Shown: positions 1-11,465 of the stretch, piece after piece
Numbering within the stretch: the first letter of the stretch is position 1
Layout: every line of letters starts with the position of its first letter
Source: Phaeosaccion multiseriatum
Taxonomy: Eukaryota > Protista > Ochrophyta, other classes
Length of the DNA: 64,000 bases
Direction: 5' to 3'
Assembly: GCA_965112735.1 (NCBI GenBank)
Contig: OZ218950.1
Span: 2,790,001 to 2,854,000 of the forward strand
Translations under genes and position numbers: made by a program
The notes under the pieces: model-generated
Databases searched by the model: none
Seen by the model: only the letters and a program-made list of their open reading frames with translations
What the model was told of the DNA's origin: nothing

Positions 1-15
1 TGTGTGGGTGTGTGC

Positions 16-51
<36 letters not shown>

Positions 52-407
52 ATGTGAGTATGTGTGTGTGTGTGTGGGTGTGTGTGTGTGTGTGTGTGGG
101 TGGGTGTGTGTGTGCGCGCGTGTGTGTGTGTGTGTGCGTGTATGTGAGTATGTATGTGTGTGCGTGTGTGTGTGTGCGTGTGTGTGCGTGTGTGTATGTG
201 TGTGCGTGTGTATGTGAGTATGTATGTGTGTTTGTGTGTGTGTTTGTGCGCCGCGCGTGTGTTTGTGCTTGAGCGTGCATGTGTGTGTATGTGCACTATC
301 CCAACGCCTCTCTCTCTCCCTCCCCCCCTCCGCTCTCTCTCTCTCTCTATCTCTCTCCCTCTCTCTCTCTCTCCCTCCCCCCCTCCGCTCTCTCTCTATC
401 TCTCTCC

Positions 408-439
<32 letters not shown>

Positions 440-585
440 CCCCCTCCCCTCTCTCTCTATCTCTCTCTGACTCTCTCTGACTCTCTCTCGCTCGCTCTCT
501 CTCTCACGCTCACTCCCCCCCCTCCTCTCTGTCTCGCTCTCCCACACACACTCTCTCCCCCTCTCTCACTCTCTCTCACCCTCCC
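1..585. repeat. Intronic (GT)n then (CT)n microsatellite
   Basis: GT dinucleotide tract ~1-292 and CT-rich tract ~307-585 ending at acceptor CAG 587-589. Confidence 0.95.
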
Positions 586-589
586 TCAG

Positions 590-3500
590 ATGGACGACAA
601 CGAGTGCCTGACTCTCCGCGTTGCTACTCTCGACCTCATCATCGCTGCTGTGGAGGCTCAGCCCGGCTTTGCGGTGCAGCTCTTCGTCACAAGGGACCTT
701 GTGCAGAGGACGAGGGACACAAGAGGAGGAGAAGGAGGAGGAGGGGCAAGCTCTCCTGAGGGAGCTAAGGCTAAGGGGATTCCGAAGGCGTTGACGCTGG
801 CGGATGTGATTTTGAAGCTGCTGGGAGACAGCGAGAGACTCTTCAATGAGCAGGTGCGTGAGGTGTAGAGACATTCGACGGTGACTGGAACTGAAACGCC
901 TCACCTCCCCCGCCGCCCCCCCCTCCCTCTCTCTCTCTCTCTCTCTGCCCCCCCCACCCCCCCCTCTCTCCCTCCTGTTGTTCAGCCGATCCTGCTGTCC
1001 CACACTCTCCACCTCGTGCTCGCCCTGTGGGAGAAGGAAGGCGTCAGCAAGCTCGGCCTCATCGTTGCTGCCCTCGTTGGGGAGGGGGGTCGGGGCGGCG
1101 ATCGCTTCTGGCAGGGGCTCTTCTCGCCCCTGTTGAGGGATATGCCCGATCCGCCCGGCGTGGAAGGCGACGGACAGGAAGGAGGAGGAGGAGGAGGAGG
1201 AGGAGGTGTGTACAACACAAACATGGCCTTACACTGCCATCGCCTGGCGTGCCACATTCCCGTGCTCAAGATGCTTGGGCTGGAGGTGCACAGCGGCATG
1301 AGGGCCAGAGGACAGGCCATTTCAGCGGCAGAGGCGGCGGCAGACAAGAGGCTGCGCCGTGCTGCCGTGAAAGGGCCGGCTGAGGGCCGGGAGCCTGCGG
1401 CTGTTTTATCACCAACTGCTGCTGCTGCTGCTGCTGCCAGCGCCCCTACCATCTCTCCCACCACTCGGCAGGTGTGTGCGCGATGGAAGGAGTTGATGGG
1501 ACTAAGATGAATCCCGGTCTCTCTCTCTCTCTCTCTCTCTCTCAGCTTCGAATTTTTGCTGGTGCTGAAATAGTATCAAGGCTGTCCTCCTGACTCTTCC
1601 CCCTCTCTCTTTCTCTCACACTACCTCTCCATCTCTCCATCTCATCATCTCTTCATCCCTCGTACATACATACATACATACAAACATACACATACATACA
1701 CACATACATATTATACATACATACATACATACATACATACATACACACACACAAACATACATACATACATACATACATACATACATACATACATACAGGT
1801 GGAGTCTTTCCTGCAGGAGAATGCGGGGAGCCGTTTTGACTACTGGATGCGTACATACATGCGTTTCGACTTTAAACCCGAGGTAGCCCTCGAGGTCAGA
1901 GAGAAGGCCACGCGGGCAGGGGTGGACCTTCGCAGCTGCATCCGAATGGCGTCCGAGAGACGCTTTGGAGATGCCTTTTTGTACGACGTTAGCGAGATAC
2001 GCAGAGCGATGGGGGTGGAGGGGGGAGGAGGAGGAGATGGCAGTGGATGGGAGGACGTGAAGGATGTGGTGGATGCGGCGGTGAGGGCGAATCGCTGCTG
2101 GTCCTTGGCCGATGTGCAGGGGCGTCTCGTGGTAGCGCTGAGGGAGTTTATGGAGGTGTGTGTGCTGCCATCCCCTCAGTTGACGGGAACAGGCTTGCTC
2201 CTGCAAGCACAAGGTGTGAAGACTCCCACCGTAGGCGGTGCTGCTGACCGGGAGAGAGAGGGAAGGTCCTCCTTGATCGGCGGTGGCGATAGCTCTGGTG
2301 AGGCACCCTTCACACCCCGGCGGGTGTCGTTCTCTCTCCCACCCTCCAGCGGCGCCAGTGATTCCGCTGCTGCTGCTGCTGCTGCTGGTGGTGTAGGAAC
2401 GGGTCCCTTCTCCTCCTCCTCCACGCAGTTCTCGGGCGATCGACGAAGCTTCGCACTTCTGCAGAGGGTAGCACAACAGCTTGCGCAGGAGCGAAGAGAG
2501 GGGCCCGAGGTAGCGGCTGTGGCTCTGCAGATGTGCGAAGTGCTCGTGTCCATGCTGCATCATCAGCTCATTGAGGTCATTGTCAAAAAGGCAGACCCTA
2601 AGAAGACGGTGGTGAGTGGAGGGAGGGAGGAAGGGAGGGAGGGAGAGAAAGGGGAGGAGGGAGGAAGGGATGGGAGGGAAGGGGGGTGAGGGAGGGAGGG
2701 AGGGAGGGAGGGAGGGAGAGAGGGAGGAAGTGCTCTTGCTGTGTTGGTGGGCAGGTGCTTTTTGTTTGGCCCTTGGCTTTGCGGTGCTCCTCGCGGACAG
2801 ACTTGCGTTGAGGGGGGTGTATGTATTGACTTACGGGAATCAACCAAAGAATTACGTAATTTTGTGTGTGTCTTTTGTGTCTTGTATTTACGTTGACGGG
2901 CAGAGAGGTCCGACGTTGAGGCTTCCACAGGAACTTGTAGAGTTTCAGGGGGGCGGGGGGGGGGGGCAGACAGACAGACAGAGAGAGAGGGAGAGAGAGA
3001 GAGAGAGAGAGGTGGAGAACGAGAGGTAGAGGGAGGGAGAGAGGTGGAGAAGGAGAGGTAGAGGGAGAGAGAGAGAGAGGTGGAGAAGGAGAGGTAGAGG
3101 GAGGGAGAGCGAGACACACAGAGAGGCAAGGAGGGAGGGAGAGTTTGACGCTTTGTATCTTCCTCCCTCCCTCCCTCCCTCCCTCCTTTCCTTCCTTCCC
3201 TCCCTCCCTCCCTCCCTCCCTCCCTCCCTCCGTCCCTCCCTCCCTCCCTCCCTCCCTCCCTCCCTCCCTCCTTTCCTTCCTTCCCTCTCCCTCTCCCTCT
3301 CCCCGCCCTCCCTCCCTCCCTCCCTCCCTCCCTCCCTCCCTCCCTCCTTTCCTCCCTCTTCCTCTCCCTCTCCCCTCCCTCTCCCCTCCAAGACGGCGGT
3401 TCGTGACGAGAGCGGGCGCATGTCGGACACCGTCTGCACGCACTTGCTCCGTCTCGTGAAAGAGGCCCTCGATCGCTTCACCAAGCAGCAACTCGGGCCC

Positions 3501-4543
3501 TCCCTGCAAGCCGCTCTGAGGCTGAGACTCATGACCGCGGCTTTGCTTCTCGTGCGCGCTCTCAACACTCGGGCTGAGGATGAGTGCCTCACTGGTAACG
3601 GATCGAAGGGAGGAGGCGGGGGAGTAGGGGGAGGGAGGGGGCGTTTGGGATCCTCCTCCTCCTCTTCCTCCTCCTCCTCCTCCTCCTCCACCTCCTACTT
3701 GGCTCAGCCGGAGATTCAGGACGACTTGCAGGTGTCACTGTTGGTGTTGTTCACGCACACGTGCGACACTCTGGTCAGCCTGCCCATTGTGCCTTGGCAA
3801 GAGGTGTTGGGTAGGAAGGGGGGGAGGGGGGTTGGGGTCGGAGATGGTGGTTTTGGGGGGGGGGGCAAGAGGGGGAGATTCGACGACGAAGCTGGCTATG
3901 TCTATGGAGCTAGAGGGGCGGCATCCCCTTCGGGAGGAGGGGTGGGGGTGGGTGTGGAGGTGAGTGGCGACTGGGCGGGTGGGCGAGACAGACGAACTCA
4001 AGCAGGCTCGCACGGAGACGGTGTCGGCGGGTGGTGGCAGGAACAGCAGCAGCAGCACTCGGATGGTGGCGCAGGAGGAGGGGATGTGCGTAAGAGCAAC
4101 ACTAGTAACAGTCGCAGCAGCAGCAGCAGCTCGCTCTTGGATGTGAGCATGGGGCTGCTGATGGAGTTATGTGCGCTGAGGGAGACACTGGACCAGAGCG
4201 CAGGGGGAGGAGGGGTGGCGGACCCACAGGTGGCAGCAGACGGGTTGCGGCGGAGCACCAACTTGCCTACGAACAGCACGCAGCTGGCGCAGTGGGAGCA
4301 TGTGGTCAAGAGCAAGGGAATCATCCCCTGCCTCCTTCAGCGCCTGGAGAATGCATCTTCGCTTGCTGCTGTCGCCTTTCAGGAGAGTCAGCAGCACTTG
4401 ACCGCCAGCGGGGGGGCTGCTGGGGCAAGCAGAAGAGGCAACAGCAGCAGCAGCAGCAGCAACAGCAACAGCAACGGCTTCCGTCGTGACGGCGATGGCA
4501 TAGGAGGAGGTGGCGGTCGAGACACAACAGGGGGGCAGCAGCA

Positions 4544-4574
<31 letters not shown>

Positions 4575-7500
4575 GGCGGAGGAGGGGGAAGAGGGGGGGA
4601 GGGCAGCAGTGGTAGTAGCGGCAGTGGCTTGAGCGGAAGCCCAGATGCGGAAGAAGCGATGATGTGTGTGCATGTGATTTTGAACTTCTTGGTGGGAGCG
4701 TGCGGGCGGACCTTGTTCGGCGAGGAGATTGTGTCTCAACGAGCGCTGCTTAGCATTGCCAACGGCCCCTTGATGAGGGCTTTGGCCGCCGCCGTCCCCG
4801 ATAGTGCCTTCTTGCCGGGAGGCGGAGACTACCTGCCTCAACACCAGCACGGGCACGCCCATGCGCAGCGAGGAGGAGGCTCAGGAGGAGTGGGAGGAGG
4901 AGGAGGAGGAGGAGGAGGGGCTTTCTCATCTAAGGTGAGAGGGAGGCCCGGCGCCTCTGCTCACTCAAACTCCAATTCTCCGCCCCAGCAGCACCACCAG
5001 CCCGTGATGCGAGGCTACACCGCGCAGGGCGAGCGGTCCCCTTATTGGGAGTGGTGGCGGCTGATGCTGCGCCTGCCCACAGCCCTCCTGCGTAGCTTGA
5101 GGCTACCGTCGGAGCCGCGCTTGTCTAGGCAGCACCGCCAGGGGCAGGGAGGAGACAGTCAGGGGGGGCAGGGCCAGCAGGGGGGGGTGTCTTTCGAAGA
5201 GCGATACCAGAGGGATGTCCTGGAGCAGATTACAGGCTTTCTCTCCGCGAGGCCTTGCCAGCGCCTCCTCCTCAGCAGCAGCTTGCCTGATCGGGGCCGT
5301 CTCACCCTTGCCCTGCTCGAGGAGCGATTGGACGTGTCGGTGCTGCTAGCGGAGCTGTCCAGAGGGAAGGTTGCCGATGTGTGGCGGTCCGCTCTGCCGC
5401 ACCTCTCGTCTCGGCTTTTGGAGGGGCAGCGCTGTGGGCTTAGGGACATTGCTGTGTTATTGGGAGATGGAGTGTTCGAACCCAAGCCCCACGGGGGAGG
5501 TAGTAGTAGCAGTAGTAGCGGGGGAGGAGGAGGAGGAGGAGGAGGAGGAGGAGGGGGGGGGGAGTGGGTCCAGCCCAGGGAAGGTTGGGAGTGGGGCCAT
5601 CGTGATTGGGGGTCATGCATCTCATGCGAGTGGACTGCATCAGACAAGACATCACAACGAGCATCACGCGGTGTTGGCCACGGTGTGTCTTCCCGTCAGT
5701 GCGCAGGAGAGGGGAGAAGGCGAAGGCGGTGGAGGGCTTGGAAGCGCCAGCCCTCATGGGGGAGGAGGAGGAGCAGCCGCAGCAGGAGGAACAGCGTGCG
5801 CAGCAGCGGTAGGAGCAGGAGCGAGCCCTTCTCCCGAAGGAGGAGGAAGGGGGGCCGAAAGAGGAGGCAGCACCAGCACCAGCACCAGCACCAGCACCAG
5901 CACCAGCACCAGCACCAGCCCTGTAAGCTCTTTTGCTGCTGCTCTGGAGCGGCAGCACCAGCACCGTGCCCACTTGAGCCAACACCAACATGACGCCTCC
6001 TTCCTCGGGCCCTCCCCTGCCCAGGCCGTGTACCATGCCCAGGTAGAGCGAACCATGTGTAAGGTACTTACCGCTGCCGTGACTGTGCTACGGAGGGCAT
6101 CCCCTGCCAACCAAGAGCCTTGTCTCTTCTTTTCGTCATGGCAAGCGAGCCGCCTACCCACCCCCCCGGCGGGCACCGAAGTTCTGCTTAGACCTGAGGA
6201 GGAGCAGGAGAAGTGGTCTGTCTTACCGCCGCAGGAAGGCCTCGGAAGCAGCACCAGACGTGGTGGCGGCGACAGTAAGGCGATCATGGCTACGGTGGTG
6301 GGGTATGGCGGGGCGGGGCTTGTGGTGGTGGATATAGTCATCGATGGTAACGACGAAGGAGGAGGAGAAGGAGGAGGAGGAGGAGGGGGTCAGGGCCGAC
6401 GAAGGCCGCTGCAGGAGCAGCACCACCAGCAGCAGCGCAAGCAAAGGCGGCGAGTGGCTGTTCCCTTGAAGCGCATTTGCGCCATTCGCGATCGCCGCTC
6501 GACTCCCCCTCTCTTCGCCTACAGCACTGTGGCTGCGCAGGAGACGGGTTTCCAGCACGTGACGAGCAAGACGGAGTTCGCCTTACAACAGCCGCCGAGC
6601 ATCGGGCACTTGGTACTGCTGGTGAAGTATTTGGTGTCACAGATGAAGAGGGTCGAGAGCACCAACCCGTGTTGCGTGGAGGCTCTGTCTGCGGCGGGGG
6701 CGGCGCCACATCTGAGGGAGAAGGAGGTGAGTGGGGGAGAGAAGGAAGGAAGGGGGGAGGGAGGGAGGATGGAAAAGGGAGGGGTAGGGGTGAGGGGGGA
6801 GGGGAGAGGGGAGAGGGGGGTGCAGACAAAGCTTTTTTTGAAGCACACTCGCGCATCTTGTATCTCTCAATTCAGTCGTGGCGCCGCGTGACTCATTTTG
6901 GCCTGCTCTCTTCTCTCTTTCCTCTCTCTCTCTGTGCTCCCTCTCTCTCTCTGTGCTCCCTCTCTCTTTCCTCTCTCTTTCCTCTCTCTCTCGTGACTCT
7001 CTCCCTTCCTCTTTCTTTCCCCCTTTATCTCTCATGTCTCTCTCGCCCCTTCCTCTCTCATGTCTCTCTCGCCCCTTCCTCTCTCATGTCTCTCTCACCC
7101 CTTTCTCTCTCTTTCTCTCTCAGTACATCCTCGCCGGCATTCTCCGTGTGTGGGGCGATCGGCACAAGCTGATGGGAGAGATGGGTTTCGTGCTCGAAGC
7201 AGCGGCATGGCTCCTCGCCACCAACGTTATTGCACACGAGACGAGGCCGCAGGAGCAGCAGCCGATAGAGGCAGGGGGAGGAGGAGGAGGAGGAGGAGGA
7301 GGGGGCGTAGGTCCGTTGGACCCCGACCTTGTGAGAGACGTGCATGCAGATCTGAGGGATGTGATGGAAGGGGATGCTTACTTTGGCGGAGAGGTGAGTC
7401 AGTCAGTCGGCATGGGGTGGGGGTGGATGGATGGATGGATGGATGGCAGTGGATGGATAGATGGATATATGGGTGGCAGTGGATGGATAGATGGATGGCA

Positions 7501-8129
7501 GTGGATCGATGCTGGTGTGTGTGGGGGGGGTGTAGGGGTTGGCAAGAAGGCACCCTATTGCCCATTCTATCGGGAAGCTGTGGTACGTTGAGATTTGTGA
7601 AGGAAGAGAGTGGCATGGAAAAGCTGTGTATTGTTCGTTCCTTTTTGATTGAGCCTATTAACTTGTGCCCCGACTGGACTGGAGGACGTGTGTGGGGAGA
7701 GAGAGATTTTTATTTGGCGGGAAGAAAGGGTTGTGCTTTGATGATTGATGATTGGCGATGAGGGCGGATCGATCGCCCCAACGGCTTGGGGGGGGGGGCT
7801 GCCTGCATGGACCATATCCCGCTTAAGGTGCTGGCTTTGGTCCCTTCTCTAAGGTGTATCTCACCCTTTCCCATCGCCTGCTGCTCCTCCTGCTGCTCCT
7901 CCTGCTGCTCCTTCCTGCATGCATATGTGTGTGTGCGTGTGTGTGTGTGTGCGTGTGTGTGTGTGTGTGTGTGTGCGTGTGCACACTGCAATGACCAGGC
8001 AAGTGAGATGGAGGGCCTGGGCGCGCTGCGCCCCTTCATCGACCTCGGCTTCATTGCCTTCCTCACCCAGAGCTTGCAGCAACAGCTAAGGGGGGCGCCC
8101 TTCAGCAGAGGGGAGGGGGGAGGAGGAGG

Positions 8130-8177
<48 letters not shown>

Positions 8178-8376
8178 AGGAGGAGGAGGAGGAGGGGGAA
8201 GGGGGGGCGTTAGGCTCGACAGACTGTCGGCGCCGCAGTCGGGGTCCGGGGTGAAGGGGCGGAAGGGGTCTTCCGTGGGCGTGTTGCGGTTGCGAGGCGA
8301 GCAGCAGCCTGAGCAGCCTGAGCAGCCTGAGCAGCCAGTCCGGCGCACTATAGCTTGGGCCGATGAGAGTAGATAG
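590..8376 (+). CDS. NUP188: Nucleoporin Nup188-like protein, 3' part (exons ~590-853, 986-1471, 1799-2611, 3393-6726, 7124-7393, 7999-8376; begins upstream of window)
   Basis: [39 protein letters not shown] and [10 protein letters not shown] resemble, in order, the Nup188 segments I recall as ILEFLTVAVETQPGLIELF, LHALW and FWENLTSPLF. GT-AG exons join in frame except for a +1 shift in the poly-G at 5553-5562. Confidence 0.75.
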
Positions 8377-8578
8377 GGGACAAGCGTTCGTTCTAATGTG
8401 CTAAGTTATTTAACAGCGTCGCGAAAGCTTGCATTGCCAACTCTCACTTGCTGCATGCAAACAAGTGATGAAAGTGAGGGGAGACACACCATTTATTGAC
8501 TTAGTAAGCTTCCCCCTCTTTTTCGTTTGAACTTCTCTTTGTCTTTCCTCTTTTCTCTGCTGCTGGGCTGCAGTGGGT

Positions 8579-8778
8579 ATGAATTTGGGAGTCAAGGCGC
8601 AGGAGCTTCTCCTGGAGCTAAAGCGCAGCGAGTTCATCCCCCCGTGGAACGAAGATGGCATGAGGGGGGTGCTGCAGGAGATCACCGCCCTCAGCGACGA
8701 GATACAGGGTGCGTGTTGCCGCCTCCTCTTTGCCTTGACAGCAGCAGCCTCGACAGCAGCCAGTAGTAGAAGCAGCAG

Positions 8779-8823
<45 letters not shown>

Positions 8824-10011
8824 CCCTTTGAGCGTGGCAGGATCGCTCAACTTCCAACTGTTTACACCTCCTCCTGCCTTGTTACCCTCTCCCTCACAGA
8901 CACCATGGATGATCGCGAGATTGAGGAGCTTCCCCGACCCGTGCAGGTGGGAGTCATGGTGCATCATCAGGCCCTGCTGCGGAACAAACGCTGTCTACTC
9001 GCCTACGTGAACCACCGAGCGGCAGTCATGAGGTGGGTGGTTGGTGTGGTACCACCGGCAGCAGGCACAGAGATAGCTGGTATGGAGACCCACCAGCAAT
9101 GCCATAGTATGACCTCTGTATCAGTTATTTTCTCTCTCGTCCCTCCTTTGCAGCTATGCCAGGGCCATACTAAGGCTAATAAATACGTATACGTCCCTCT
9201 CTCTACCTCCGCTCCTCTCCTCATTCCAGAGAGCTTCGCTGGGAGATGGGACCGGTGCTGCCTACTCGATTCAGCGACAACCTCAGTATGCACGAGGTAA
9301 GAGATTCGTCAAGTCAAGCTCAACAAAGACGCTGTTTCTTCTGCTGCTGCTACTACACTGCTGCTGCTACTGCTGCTGCTGCGCCTGCTACTCCTGCTAC
9401 TTGTGTTACTGCTACTGTTGCTTCTACTGCTGCTGCTGCTGCTACTGCTGCTACTGCTGCTGCCGCCCACCATAGTATGCAACTGATCCATCCCACCCTC
9501 CAAAATAGGCACACACACGCTTACCACAAAGCTCAGCACGGCGATCTTCTTTCTGCTTCCCTTCCCTTCCCTTCCCTTCACTTCCCTTCCCTTCCCTCCC
9601 CTTCACTTCCCTTCCCTTCCCTTCCCTTCCTTTCCCTTCCCTTCCCTTCTTCCGGTCTGCACTAAACGCAAGCTCAAAACACCGCGATTGTCCTTCCCCT
9701 CCCCCTTCCCTACCCTCCCCATCCCTCCTTTCCCCTCTCCACCCGCCCTACAGAAAGAATACTTTAGTAAGTACGACGGCCTCCTCGCCAGCCACAACCT
9801 CCTGGTAGGGCTCGACCTCACCGCCGACGCCCGGCCCCCCAAGGAAGTGATGATAGAGATCCGCGTGGTGGAGGAGTGCGGTGAGCTCATGACTGATCAA
9901 GGGGCGCTCAACCTCGAGAAGGGCAGCACACACCTCGTGCGCAGATCGCATGTGGAGCACCTTATCCGCCAGGGAAAGCTCACACAGCTCGACAATGAGA
10001 CAACCATCTAG
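8579..10011 (+). CDS. GINS1: DNA replication complex GINS subunit Psf1 (exons ~8579-8708, 8900-9032, 9230-9296, 9754-10011)
   Basis: ELKRSEFIPPWNED, LLRNKRCLLAY, LRWEMGPVLP, LDLTADARPPKEVMIEIRV and VEHLIRQGKL are characteristic Psf1 motifs; GT-AG introns. Confidence 0.92.
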
Positions 10012-10527
10012 TGCCTTCTCATGCATGTCTGCCGTCTAGTGCCTTCTCATGTTGCTGGACGAGCACGCAGCCGTTTGAAGAGAGGGAGACGAGGTGCTGC
10101 TTTGCGTGCTTGAGAGTGCGTGTGTGGGCGTGTAAATGGCAAATGGGCTTTTGTCTGGTGTGCGAGTTGGTGGTACAGGGTGTTTGTGTGTGTGTGTGTG
10201 CGGTGCGTGGAGGTGGAGGTGGAGCGGCACCCACCCCGGGGAAGCGAGGCACCACACGAGCGACAGCTTGTGCCCCCCTCTGACACGAGATCGACCTGAC
10301 AGTTTCGCATCGACCTCTGACACCGGCCTTCTGACAGTGGGAGTCCTGATCGCTAAGGGGAGGTCAACGGCAGAGATCCTGCTTCGGCACCACAACCACC
10401 ACCAGCAACAGCAGCACCACAACAGCAGCAGCGACGTCAGTCATGGGAGGCCGAAGAAGCCCTTCTGCTGCTGACTGAGTGACGAAGAAGCTTCCTTCTT
10501 CGTCGTGCGGTGCTGCTCCGGGTGATG

Positions 10528-10973
10528 TCCTCCCATACCACTCATGATTCTCATAATGCCATAAGGCTTGGCGTAGATGAAGCACTTGGCGATGTTGGCG
10601 CTGTCTCCGGTGGCGTCGACCTGGAGGGTGGCGTTGTCGATGCTGGAGGAGTTGCGAGTTGCAGGTTTGCAGGTTCCGGAGGGCTGGCTGGTGCTCCTCG
10701 GCCTTGAGTGCGAAGGAGTAGACGTTGATTCCGGTGCCGCTGGGGCAGTTTCCGTGGTGCTGGTAGGGCTGCAGGGTATCGAAGGAAGTAGGCTCCTTGG
10801 CGCTCGGAGGTGCAGTCGTGTCCGTTGAGCTGCTGCATCTTGATCTTGGCGGTGTTGACGGGGTTGCTGCCGCCGTCGGTTTCGCAGTTGAACCAGTCCA
10901 GTCCGTCCTCGGAGGCGGAGCTGCGGATGGTCCAGATGAGCTCGCTGATATCCCGGGGGGGGGGGGGGTCGTT
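10528..10973 (-). pseudogene. Endogenous viral element: C-terminal fragment of a Nucleocytoviricota double-jelly-roll major capsid protein
   Basis: Reconstructed across frames: ISELIW...NPVNTAKIKMQQLNGHDCTSERQGAYFDTLQPYQHHGNCPSGTGINVYSFALKAEEHQPSGTCNSSSIDNATL...IYAKPYGIMRIMSGMGG. This matches the NCLDV MCP signature LNGHDRF..R.G.YF..VQPYQHH...GINVYSFAL.PEEHQPSGTCNFSRIDNA.L...RIMSGMGG. Two frameshifts. Confidence 0.93.
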
Positions 10974-11041
10974 GGATCCACTGTTGGAGTACTGTAGCTG
11001 CAGCTTTTGTCACAATTTCCAACAGTTTTTTTTTTTTTTGC

Positions 11042-11465
11042 CCGTGGGCGTCAACTCCTGGTTGAATTGGAACCCGAAGCTCACTTTTGTCAGAGCGGGA
11101 GTCCGAGTGATTGGCTGGTCGAACATGGATTCGCACGAGAATATCAAATGCAGGAGTCCAGAAGGAAGCGTCAATGGTTGATTGAAGCCTTGTCCAAATT
11201 CAACGTCGTACTTGAGTGACTCTATTGAACACCGACAAGTGACTCGTCATCAAACATGAGATGATGCACGAGCCCCGTCGGTAAGATGAGTGCTTGCCGA
11301 AAATTGCGCCCCCAACTTGTGCCGCCGATGAATGACGTCAGCAGACCAATAGGTTTGTTGAAAATGCTCGGTTACAGTACGGACTTCAAAGTGCACAAAA
11401 TTTGGATTGGATGCTTGGTTACAGCAAGCAAACAAACAAGGTCAAAAATATTCTCTCTCGTGTGT
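11042..11465 (-). pseudogene. FNIP-repeat protein relic (probable giant-virus origin)
   Basis: Minus strand: SIFNKPIGLLTS..WGRNFRQALILPTGLVHHLMFDDES / SVFNR / VEFGQGFNQPLTLPSGLLHLIFSCESMFDQPITRTPALTKVSFGFQFNQEL. Period is ~20 aa with FNQP..LP..L..L.FG. Stops and frameshifts present; lower GC than flanking genes. Confidence 0.75.

Noticed and set aside
2-550. ORFs of VC/LS repeats
   Set aside because: Translations of intronic GT and CT microsatellites.
10364-11136. Intact capsid gene or complete provirus
   Set aside because: Only the C-terminal part is present, it is frameshifted, it lacks the final residues, and no other viral core genes are visible in the window.
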